Positions 17,373 to 26,444 of a DNA stretch of 64,000 bases are shown piece by piece. The position numbers were made by a program, and so were the translations under genes. The stretch is from Candidatus Iainarchaeum sp. (lineage in GTDB: Archaea; B1Sed10-29; WALL01), in NCBI GenBank assembly GCA_023129115.1, contig JAGMCR010000011.1, positions 1-64,000 of the forward strand, in the 5' to 3' direction. Each line of letters begins with the position of its first letter. Positions within the stretch are counted from its first letter, which is position 1. The notes below the pieces were generated by a model. It searched no databases. It had not been told where the DNA came from and saw nothing but the letters and a program-made list of their open reading frames with translations.

Positions 17373-17939
17373 CTATACCTTATTGGTGTAACTAATGTAG
17401 TCAATTTCTAGGTTCGTGCTGAGGTCCATGTATTCGGCGAACCCCACAGGCATGCTGCCCTTGGCCTCAGTCGTTTCAGCAACTTTCTTGAAGGCCTTGC
17501 CCTCCTTGACATAATACTTTGTCGTGCCACTGGGGTCCCATACAATCTTGTAGGTGTGCCACGCATTTGTGTTCGCGCTGTCCCCCAAGGTAAATTTTTT
17601 GTAACCTGAAGAGCTGCCATACGTCGCGTCGCCCTTTATGTACGTGGCGGCACTGAGGTAATTGGTGAGGCTGCTAGTGCCGTAGAACACGTGGAACTTC
17701 CCGCCGCTGTAGTCGTGGAACCCAAACCACGGGTCCCACTCGTCCACAGTAGTCCACTTGGCCCGGACTTCCACCGTGCCCTGCGTGTACCACTCACTCG
17801 TCTTGAGGCCGCAGTGCACGTGGTCCCCTGTCGCGGCCTCGCACTTGGCTATGCCGTTCGCAGCGACGAACGGGTGCGCCCCCGCAGTCACCCACCTGCC
17901 GCTGTCGGAATCAAAATTGTCAGTCCACGCTATAAAGGG
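17373..17939 (-). CDS. ConA/LamG/GH16-like beta-sandwich domain in the -1 frame of giant protein 1
   Basis: WTDNFD...GTVEVRAKW...WHTYKIVW...LEIDYI; no signal peptide; the frame opens before the slippery site at 17933-17939. Confidence 0.65.
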   Translation of the reverse strand, partial: PFIAWTDNFDSDSGRWVTAGAHPFVAANGIAKCEAATGDHVHCGLKTSEWYTQGTVEVRAKWTTVDEWDPWFGFHDYSGGKFHVFYGTSSLTNYLSAATYIKGDATYGSSSGYKKFTLGDSANTNAWHTYKIVWDPSGTTKYYVKEGKAFKKVAETTEAKGSMPVGFAEYMDLSTNLEIDYISYTNKV

Positions 17940-20900
17940 GACACCACCACCGTTATCGGCGGGAGCTCGCCCTCAAACCCGCTGTTGTCTGTGTAGGTCA
18001 CCTTTATAGTGTACGTGCCTTCGGCGTCATATTCCTGGCTGTTCCAGCCGGTTGGCCCACTTGCCGTTCCAGCGCTGTTCCACGAGAACGTCGAGGTGCC
18101 AACTCCCCAGTCAATCGTTCCCGTGCCCCCTTCTGTGCCCGCTGCCACGATGCTGAACGTCAGCGTGACAGTCCCGCTCCCTATCATGCTGGTCGTGGAC
18201 GGGCTTGCCCCGATTGTCGGGCCCTTGCACGCGCTGGAAGTCGGGTCCGGCTTGCACGGGTCAGTGTCGTCCGGGTCCTCTGCAGAGCACGCGTTGCCGT
18301 TGACGCTGTAGCCATAGCCGTCGCCGTCATTGTCAATGCACTTGTCGCCGCACGTCCCGCTCACCGGCGGGTCGTTCTTTTCTTCCTCGTACGCGTTGAC
18401 CTCGATTATGGACGGCTTAAGGTCAACGTCCGGGGTCACGGACTTCTTGAACGAGTACCTGATGTACCGCATCATGAACTCATCGTCAAGCACGTCGTGC
18501 TGTGTGCCCGAAACCCTTCCAGTCTCGGTGATGTGCGTCCACTTCTCGCCGTCCGACGAGCCGTCGAGGAAGTAGCCCTCGTACAGCGGGCAGCCGTCGT
18601 CCTCCAGGAACGTGTCAATCTGCTTGATGTTCGCGACGTGTCCCATGTCCACGATTATCTCACACTTCTTGCTCCCGGCGTTGCACCAACTAGCGCCAGT
18701 CGTGTAGCTGTCGTCAATCGCCTTGTCTCCGCCACCCTCCGCTGTGACTTCAGCGTCATCGTACTCATCAGACGCGTGGTCCACCCACAGGTTCTCGACG
18801 TAGTAGTCGCACGTCAGCTTCTGCGCGCCCGACCCGCTCACCATCACGGTGAGGTAGGAATCGCTCTCAGTGGTCTCTAGCATGAACTCTTCGCTGCTGG
18901 AGCGCCCTATCTCGCCCGTGGAAATGGCCGTGTCCGGAGTATTGGCTGCGTTCTCGGGGATGTTGTCGCACCCGCCGTACGTCTCCGGCCGATTGGCCGT
19001 CTTCCACAGTGACACCACGCCAGTGCCGGCTGCCCCTCCAGTGTTCTCGACAGTCGCGTAGACGTCATAGACCAGCCCGTCGCTCTGCAGGGCCTTGCTG
19101 ATAACAAGGTTGGCTCCAGCGGACTGTGTTGCCGTGAGTGTTGTCCACACAGGGTTGCTCTCGATGCCGTCGTCGTCCCTCACCACGAGAGTCACGTTGT
19201 ACACTCCCGGCCCAGGCACTGCGTACTGGTACTTGGCGTCGCCCGTGGTGGACGGCTCCTCGTCGCCGATTGGGTTGAGGGAGATGTAGTCAAGCGTCTT
19301 GGCCCCACCGGTTGTGGAGACCTCCAGCTTGTACCTGCCCTTGGCCAGGCTCACCTGGCTGGTGTAGGCAGTGTCCTCTATCTTGAGGTCGAACGTGCCG
19401 CTCCCGCCGATTGTTATGGCGTAGTCGGTCGGCTCGCCGCTGTTTGGGTTCGCCATGTTGTCGGGTATGTCAAGCCAGTACTGGGCATACGCCTGCCCAA
19501 TGCTCTCCAGCTGGAACTTGTTGCTCGAGTCCTTGTCATACGTCACGGTAAACCCGCTCTCGGCGATGTACTCCTCTGCCTCGACAACCGCGCCGCGGCT
19601 TATTGTCCACATGTAGTCCACGATTTCGCCGTTTGAGTCATAGCTGTCCGAGCCATCGAGCGTCACAATCGGCGTTGCGCTCAGGTCCGCGTATATCGGG
19701 CCCTTCACCACGGCAGTCGGCTGGCCGGCCGCAGTAAGCGCCCAGACACTCTCCGTGTTCCAGCCCGGCCTGTTGGTGCCGATGGTGCCCTCTGTCCAGT
19801 ACTCCACAAGGCTAATCGCGAGCTGCTGCCTGTAGCCGCTGAGCAGCTCGGAGTCGTCGCGGTAGTCCGGGTTGTTGTAGCACAAGCCAAAGCGCACGGC
19901 CTTGTCCTCGAACCCGCTGCCCTCGCTGATGTCGAGGTAGCCAACCACTCCGGTGCACTGGCTGGTCAGCCAGTCAAAGTCAGTGTTGTCCTCTATCTGG
20001 CCAATGTAATAGTCCTGGTAGTCAAAGCTGTAAGAGCTCTTGTCATAGTCTGTCTCGAACACGTTGTAGTGCGAGCCGTAGCTGAACAAGTGCTTCTGCT
20101 CGATGTTGAGGTGCCCGCGGTCAATCGCCTTCTGGAGGTCGCTGACGAACGGCCCAATGCCGAACCCGCCAGTGCTCCTGAAGCCCGCGTAGTCGACGCT
20201 CCCCGGCTCCGACACGCGGAGCGCGCGGTCAAGGTTCATGTAGCCAATTGGCTCGGCGTAGGCACCGGTCGTTTCGATGGGCGCGCACTTCTTGTTATTG
20301 CACTCGCACCCGCTGTCGCAGTCGCTGTCCGTCGTGCACTTGGGGTATCGGCAGGTGCCAGATATGGGCGGCCAGCCCGGAACGCATTCCTGGCATTTTG
20401 GGCACGTCCCGGGTATGTGGGTGAAGCAGCTGTCGCCTTCAGGCTCCGGGCCACGCTTTACTGCTTCTCTCCAGCACCACTCCGCTTCGGTGGCGTCGGC
20501 GCCTGTCTCGATTTCAATGTCTCCGCCGCCCAGCGTCCTGAAGTCAACAGTGACCAAGCCGCACAACATGTCCTCGTTCACGACCCACAGCTCCTTCGCG
20601 TCGGTCGGCGCTGCGCTGCCGGTCTTGAACGCGTTGCTGATGTCGCCGTAGTAATACTCGTCCATCACCTTCTGGAACGTCGACACTTTTACGTCCTCGG
20701 CGCCGAGCGCGTAAGTCGCCTGCGGCGTCCCCGCCTCTGCGTCAGCCAGGACTGCCATGACGAACTGCTCTGCGTCGCACACGCTCGCCCGGGTCCTGCC
20801 GCCGGCAAGCGCCGTGATTGCACACCCACCCGTTGTTATCTCGGTGGGGTCAGCGGTCTCGCGCACAACGACCTGGCTTCCAACGAGCCCCGCCACGTCG

Positions 20901-23900
20901 CTCTCGCAGTTGACGTTGAAGATGAGCCTGTTCGGCTCGCCGCCGCCGACCACTGGAATCTCGAGGTACGCGATTTCCGTGCCACTGCATATCGCTGTGT
21001 CGGGCGAGCCCTTAATGGTCATCCTTGCGTGGCCGCCCGGCGGAATCCTGTCGGTGTCGCTCTGGGGTATGCCGTCCTTGTTGTGCACGCGGTCAATGCT
21101 GTACGACAGGCCGTAAGTCTTCTCGACCCCAAGCGGGACCCACGCGAACGTGCCGAACACCACCGGGGTGTCCCAGTAGTTCGTGACGTCCACGACTTTG
21201 GAATAAATATCATTCGTCGTGAAGTCCCAGTCGAACGGGCCGGCCGGCTCTATCTTGATGCCGCCGATCTTGAACGTCTTGTTGACGACGAACCTGTCGC
21301 CTTTTGCGTACAGTGTCAGGTTGCCCGGCAGCAAGCCGCTCCTGGGGTCGCCCCCGCCCGGCAGGTACCTCACGTACTGTAATAGGCTGTTGCTGAACGG
21401 AATCAGCAGTGCGTCATCGTTCTTGTCGTCCTCGTAGCCCTCGCCGCTCTTGAGCATCCACTCGGACAGGGAGTCGCCGGTCGCGTCAATGATGCTGTCC
21501 GACTCCGCGCCAATCCCGAGCGCCACGCCCTTCGGGTTCTCGGCGTCCTTGCGCACTATGTCCGCGACGAGCGCCGCTGTGTAAATGTCAAGGCCCTTCC
21601 TTTCATCCAGGCCGCCGGATGGCGGGATAATCCCTGTGAGCTCAATGTCATAGTCGACCCACCCGTGCTTGAACGAGCCCTGGGGCCACGGCAGCACGCC
21701 CTCGATGTCTGCGCCGCTCTCGAACAGGTAAATCTCGAGGTCCGACGCCTCGGTCAGGATGGTGTCGGTGCCGGCCGCCAGCACGCCCTCGCCGACGAAC
21801 GCTATCCAGTCGCTCTCGTTCGCCGAAAGTGTCCAGTCGTACTCCAGCTTTTCCTCGGTGGGCTCGTAGCCCAAAGACGAATAGTTAATCAGCAGAAGCT
21901 GGCCGAGCGCGTCGTCGTACTGCCCGCTCTCGACAAGCAGGCGCATGTTGACGGGCACGTCATCAATGTCGATTTCGTCGGCAGCGCTGCTGGTTATTTT
22001 CTTGAACCACGTCGTCTCGCCGGCTATCTTGCTTTCCTTGAGTATGCTCAACAGCTCGAACGTCGCGGTGTCGCAGTTTGCGTGGCTGTTGGAGTCCTGG
22101 TACAGGTGGCCGCTCCACTTGTAAGCCCCGCACAGCGTCACGGTGTGCTTGCCGTAGCCGAAGTCCTGTGGGATGACGACGCTGCCGTTAATGCTCTCGT
22201 TCGCCGCCAGCGTGGTGCTCACGAGCGGTATGGTGAACGTGTACTCAAGGAAGCCGTCCGAGTCAGTCACCCACCCGGTGAGGTTGACCTCGTACGCGGG
22301 GTTGGTGGAGTCGTTGACGTCCCAGTTCGTGAATGTCCAGTTGGCGTTGATTGCGCTGACGTCCACTTTGTACGCGCTGGTGAAGTTCAAGTCAAGCGTC
22401 ACGCCGAGGTCCTGGAGCGTGGCGTTGATTGTTGGCTTGATGGTGACTGCCTTGGCGTCGCACGCCGTGGTGCCGTCAATTGGGTTCCACGCACTGCCGT
22501 CGTACTTGAAGTACCCCACGCACACCGTGATGTTCTTGGGGCCTCCTCCCTCGGAGCCCCATAGGAACTTGATGCTCGTGTCCGACTTTCCGCCCTGGAT
22601 TCTTGGTATGTCGACGTAGAGCAGTTCGCTTGGCTTGTCCGGGTTCCACTGGTGTACGCCGTCTATGAACATGAACGCCTTTGGCTCGAGCGAGTTCCCG
22701 CCCGCCTCAGCCGGGCCGTAGCTCCCAGTGTAGTTCAGTATCGCCAGCGGCTCGTCGCCGAGGTTGCTGATTGTCGTGCTGATTGTGACGTCGTCGCCCT
22801 CGTTGACAGTGGCCGGCGAAACGCCGATTGTGACGTCCATTTCAGGCAGGTCCACGACCTCGACCTGGAGCGTGTCGTAGAATATCTTCGGCTCGCCCGC
22901 GGTCTCGACGGCCATCCCGACGGTGATGGTCTGAGTGCCGGTCTCGCTGGGCACGTAGTCAAAGATGAATACGTTGTCGGCCACGGTCGCGTTGTGGATT
23001 GCCCCGCCAGTGGCGTAGGCATAGAGCCTCCCGGTCTCGAGCGTGGCGCCGGTCGCGAGCACGTCCTTCACGCCGCCCCACTCAAGCGCGAGGGTCGAGC
23101 CCCATATGAAGCCCTGCTTCTCGATGGTATAAACATTGTCGCCCTCTGCGAGGTTCATCTCTTCCCAGCCATTGAGCTCGCCGCCAATCACGATTGGCAT
23201 CACGTGCTTGTAGAACTTCGCCCACGGCTGCTGGTTTCCTTTGGTCCTGTGCTCGTCCTGGATGAATATGGTAAGGTCCTTGGACAGCGAGGCGTCGGCG
23301 TTCTCGAAGTTAATCAATGCGCCGAACCTCCTCCCCTCGGTCGAGCCGTACTCGGGCACGTGGTAGGACGGGATTACTTCAGTGGTGTGGTCGTAGAAGC
23401 GTGGGTCTTTGCCAATGAGGCTGCCCACGACCTCTGTCGCGATTATGTTGGTGACCGAAGTCTCTTCCTCTGGCTTGAGGTCCCTCACGTTGAACAACAG
23501 GTCCTGCCTTGAGTGGTCGTTGAGGAGCGTGGTCTGGGCCTCGTACTCGCCGCTGATTCCGCCGGTCTCCTTGAGCTGCGTCTCCATCTTGATTGCGAGC
23601 CTCAATTCGTCGTCCGCGTCGAGCGAGTAGTCGCTGCCCATGGTGTCGCTCGGGGGGCTGATGCGCGAGGGGTCGCTGACCCTCGTCACGGGGAAGATTT
23701 CCTGCTTGATTCCGCTGGTCCTCTCGATGCTCCCCGAGTACCCGGCCGGCACTGCGTACGGGTAGCCGCCCTGTGGCATGGTGCTAAGCTCGACCACGTA
23801 GCTGTTGCTCGGCACGCGGGCCTTGGCCCTGAACTGCAGGTAGAATGTGCTTCCCTCTGCGAACGTGTACGCGTCCTTGAACTGCTTGATGCTCCAGTCG

Positions 23901-26353
23901 CCGACAACGTTCTTGCCGGCCTTGTCCGTGGAGAGCCACGCGTCGTAGAGGTAGAAGTACGGGTGGTCCTCGAGGAACCTCCACCCGCTCGTCTTGGTGT
24001 TTATCTTGACCGGGACGTGCGTCCACTTGCCGCCGTTGGTCGCGAACTCGGAGCCCTCGGGGCTCATCCAGAACGCGCGGTAGCTTACCTGGGCGTTGTC
24101 GCTCTTGACGTTGCTGCGCACGTGCAGCGGGATTAGTATGTCGTACACGCCGGCGTCGTCGTAGTTCGCAATGTCAATCCTGAGGTACTTGGACGCGCCC
24201 GTGGTCTCGGGGTAAATGTTCTGGTTGTAGATGAAAGTGTCCGCCGTGGTGAGCGCGCTGATTGCGGGGTCTTCCACAACGAAGTCCGTGAGTGCGACGT
24301 CGCGGATCAGTATGGGCGTGGCCTCGATGTCCTGGAGCGAGCCGATTCCGCCGGTGAAGAACTCGACGTAGACGGTCGAGAACGGCTCCTGTGTCTGGGG
24401 GTCGTAGTAAGGCAGGCCCAGCGCGAGCTTGGCGTAGTAATTCCCGCCCTCTTCGAGGTCCTTGGTGTACTCGTCCTTGTCCTCGTCGAGCATCGTGACC
24501 TCGACGTTGTTCTTGACGCCTGTGACGTCAATAGTGTATTCCCTGCTCTTGTTGTCGAGCTTGATTGGCGATGTTATGACGGGGCCGAACTGCTCGCCCG
24601 TGGTCGGCGAGGTGAAGCTGGCCTTGAGGTAGACAGTGCTGCCCTTGTCGAAAGTGAACTCGGCCATCCTGTTCGAGCCCGAGACTTCGCTGCCGACGAG
24701 CTCTGGGAACCTCGTGGAGTAAGTGATGTCGTAGAGCTCGACCTCGACTCCCTTGTTGGGCTCGCCCTCGACCTCGGTCAATACCTTGAGCGTGGCCTGC
24801 GGCGGGATGACCGTGAGGTCGACTGTCGTGGTCTCGCCCGCGACGACCTGTGCCAGTATAGTGTCGCTCCCCTCCTCTTCCGAGGTAACGGAATAGCTCC
24901 CCGCCAAAAGCCTCCCGAACTTGGCGAGGCCTTCGTCGTTGGTCTTTGTGCGCTTGAGTATCTCGTCCACCTGGAGCAGCTGGACCATCACGTCCTCGAG
25001 CGGCTCGCCCACGCCGTGGGCGTTTATTACCTCAACCTCGAGGTAGCCCGAGTTGGTGTCGTCGAGGGGCGTGAGCAGCGCCTGCGCGCTGGTGGTGCCA
25101 CCGGTGAAGTCAATTTCGGTGGGCATGTAGTTGGCGAACGAGACCTTGGCGGTGTACGACTTCTGCTCGAGCCTGAAGCTGGCCTTGCCGTCGGCGTCGC
25201 TGTAGCCGTAGTAAATCTTGGTGCCGCTGTCGAGTATGTCGAGGTAGGCGTTCGCGACCGGCGTGTTGTCCCTTGCGTTGAGCACTGTTATCGTGGTCTC
25301 GAACCCTTTCTCGAGCGTGATGTCGATGCTCTTGTCCTGGTTGGCGATGTAGGAAGTCGTCGTCTCCGGCGCGTATGCCGTGCCGGTGTCCTCTGCCTTG
25401 ACGTAGTACGCCGTGTTCTCGGGCAGCACCAGCGTGGCGATGCCGTCGCTTCCCGTGGTGGACTGGAGTATAATATTGGAATAAGTGAACGAGAGCGGGT
25501 TTCCGCTTGCGTCCACCGCCGTCACCCGAATGCCGCTGGCGGGCTGGCCGTCGCCCCGCACCGTGACCGTTGCTGTGTAGACGTAGCTCGCTGTGCTGAC
25601 GGTCGGGGTGTACACGTCTTCCTGCTCCTCCATGAGCTCAATTTCGTAGTCGTCCTGCACGTCCTGGATGAACCGCTCCATGGTGGCGGCGTATTCGTAG
25701 CCGTCGCAGCTTATTTCAACTGTCTGGCCTTCCTGCGGGCAGTTGTCGTCGCTGTACGAGAGGAATAGCTTTTTGCCGCTGACGACCCAGCCGAGGTCTG
25801 CGGCGGTCCTGTCGCGGTTCTTGACCGAGACCCTGCAGCTGCGTGGGTACGCGCCTGTGGGCGTCGTGAGGGCTGCCTGGTCGAGGCTTTCTGCGGCGGT
25901 TATGCATGCCGCGAAGGCTGGGCTTACCCTGCAAACCAATTTCATGAACAATTCGTCGTCGCCGGCGAGCGTCAAGTACTCTGTCTGGGAGTCACAGTCG
26001 TCTTTTTCGACCAGGACCTCAATTTCCTGGTCTAATGGCACCATCAGTTCTGCATAGCCGTCGCTATCAGTGGTCGCGGTAAGCGCTGTGGAGCCGAACA
26101 TTGCGGCTACTTCGGCGCCTTCGACGCTTTGGCCGAAGCTCGTCACCTGCACTGTCAGCGTCGCCCCTGGGGCTGGAAGCAGCATAAATGCCACGAGAGC
26201 AACGAGAATCAGTGCGACCCCGCCAACGACCGGGAGGCTCGGGAGCCCTGCGGTCTCGATTGGGTCGGTAATCGCGCGGATTGGAATCCCTTTCTTGTCC
26301 AAGTCCTCCACGAGTTTGTACCATTTTTTCTCAAGATTAGAATAGAAACCCAT
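17930..26353 (-). CDS. Giant membrane-anchored surface protein 1 (2807 aa)
   Basis: Conserved N-domain + TM; carboxypeptidase-regulatory/PEGA-like repeats; CARDB-like domains; CDAEQ core; Cys-rich insert; PKD-like and F5/8 discoidin-like domains; DNDGDG motif. Confidence 0.88.
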   Translation of the reverse strand: MGFYSNLEKKWYKLVEDLDKKGIPIRAITDPIETAGLPSLPVVGGVALILVALVAFMLLPAPGATLTVQVTSFGQSVEGAEVAAMFGSTALTATTDSDGYAELMVPLDQEIEVLVEKDDCDSQTEYLTLAGDDELFMKLVCRVSPAFAACITAAESLDQAALTTPTGAYPRSCRVSVKNRDRTAADLGWVVSGKKLFLSYSDDNCPQEGQTVEISCDGYEYAATMERFIQDVQDDYEIELMEEQEDVYTPTVSTASYVYTATVTVRGDGQPASGIRVTAVDASGNPLSFTYSNIILQSTTGSDGIATLVLPENTAYYVKAEDTGTAYAPETTTSYIANQDKSIDITLEKGFETTITVLNARDNTPVANAYLDILDSGTKIYYGYSDADGKASFRLEQKSYTAKVSFANYMPTEIDFTGGTTSAQALLTPLDDTNSGYLEVEVINAHGVGEPLEDVMVQLLQVDEILKRTKTNDEGLAKFGRLLAGSYSVTSEEEGSDTILAQVVAGETTTVDLTVIPPQATLKVLTEVEGEPNKGVEVELYDITYSTRFPELVGSEVSGSNRMAEFTFDKGSTVYLKASFTSPTTGEQFGPVITSPIKLDNKSREYTIDVTGVKNNVEVTMLDEDKDEYTKDLEEGGNYYAKLALGLPYYDPQTQEPFSTVYVEFFTGGIGSLQDIEATPILIRDVALTDFVVEDPAISALTTADTFIYNQNIYPETTGASKYLRIDIANYDDAGVYDILIPLHVRSNVKSDNAQVSYRAFWMSPEGSEFATNGGKWTHVPVKINTKTSGWRFLEDHPYFYLYDAWLSTDKAGKNVVGDWSIKQFKDAYTFAEGSTFYLQFRAKARVPSNSYVVELSTMPQGGYPYAVPAGYSGSIERTSGIKQEIFPVTRVSDPSRISPPSDTMGSDYSLDADDELRLAIKMETQLKETGGISGEYEAQTTLLNDHSRQDLLFNVRDLKPEEETSVTNIIATEVVGSLIGKDPRFYDHTTEVIPSYHVPEYGSTEGRRFGALINFENADASLSKDLTIFIQDEHRTKGNQQPWAKFYKHVMPIVIGGELNGWEEMNLAEGDNVYTIEKQGFIWGSTLALEWGGVKDVLATGATLETGRLYAYATGGAIHNATVADNVFIFDYVPSETGTQTITVGMAVETAGEPKIFYDTLQVEVVDLPEMDVTIGVSPATVNEGDDVTISTTISNLGDEPLAILNYTGSYGPAEAGGNSLEPKAFMFIDGVHQWNPDKPSELLYVDIPRIQGGKSDTSIKFLWGSEGGGPKNITVCVGYFKYDGSAWNPIDGTTACDAKAVTIKPTINATLQDLGVTLDLNFTSAYKVDVSAINANWTFTNWDVNDSTNPAYEVNLTGWVTDSDGFLEYTFTIPLVSTTLAANESINGSVVIPQDFGYGKHTVTLCGAYKWSGHLYQDSNSHANCDTATFELLSILKESKIAGETTWFKKITSSAADEIDIDDVPVNMRLLVESGQYDDALGQLLLINYSSLGYEPTEEKLEYDWTLSANESDWIAFVGEGVLAAGTDTILTEASDLEIYLFESGADIEGVLPWPQGSFKHGWVDYDIELTGIIPPSGGLDERKGLDIYTAALVADIVRKDAENPKGVALGIGAESDSIIDATGDSLSEWMLKSGEGYEDDKNDDALLIPFSNSLLQYVRYLPGGGDPRSGLLPGNLTLYAKGDRFVVNKTFKIGGIKIEPAGPFDWDFTTNDIYSKVVDVTNYWDTPVVFGTFAWVPLGVEKTYGLSYSIDRVHNKDGIPQSDTDRIPPGGHARMTIKGSPDTAICSGTEIAYLEIPVVGGGEPNRLIFNVNCESDVAGLVGSQVVVRETADPTEITTGGCAITALAGGRTRASVCDAEQFVMAVLADAEAGTPQATYALGAEDVKVSTFQKVMDEYYYGDISNAFKTGSAAPTDAKELWVVNEDMLCGLVTVDFRTLGGGDIEIETGADATEAEWCWREAVKRGPEPEGDSCFTHIPGTCPKCQECVPGWPPISGTCRYPKCTTDSDCDSGCECNNKKCAPIETTGAYAEPIGYMNLDRALRVSEPGSVDYAGFRSTGGFGIGPFVSDLQKAIDRGHLNIEQKHLFSYGSHYNVFETDYDKSSYSFDYQDYYIGQIEDNTDFDWLTSQCTGVVGYLDISEGSGFEDKAVRFGLCYNNPDYRDDSELLSGYRQQLAISLVEYWTEGTIGTNRPGWNTESVWALTAAGQPTAVVKGPIYADLSATPIVTLDGSDSYDSNGEIVDYMWTISRGAVVEAEEYIAESGFTVTYDKDSSNKFQLESIGQAYAQYWLDIPDNMANPNSGEPTDYAITIGGSGTFDLKIEDTAYTSQVSLAKGRYKLEVSTTGGAKTLDYISLNPIGDEEPSTTGDAKYQYAVPGPGVYNVTLVVRDDDGIESNPVWTTLTATQSAGANLVISKALQSDGLVYDVYATVENTGGAAGTGVVSLWKTANRPETYGGCDNIPENAANTPDTAISTGEIGRSSSEEFMLETTESDSYLTVMVSGSGAQKLTCDYYVENLWVDHASDEYDDAEVTAEGGGDKAIDDSYTTGASWCNAGSKKCEIIVDMGHVANIKQIDTFLEDDGCPLYEGYFLDGSSDGEKWTHITETGRVSGTQHDVLDDEFMMRYIRYSFKKSVTPDVDLKPSIIEVNAYEEEKNDPPVSGTCGDKCIDNDGDGYGYSVNGNACSAEDPDDTDPCKPDPTSSACKGPTIGASPSTTSMIGSGTVTLTFSIVAAGTEGGTGTIDWGVGTSTFSWNSAGTASGPTGWNSQEYDAEGTYTIKVTYTDNSGFEGELPPITVVVSPL

Positions 26354-26444
26354 TTTGCATTACCTCAGTAAAGCCCTATATTATATGCACAATTAATGAA
26401 GGACAGTATATAAATAGGTTACCCGCCGTGGCTCCCCCCGCTCA

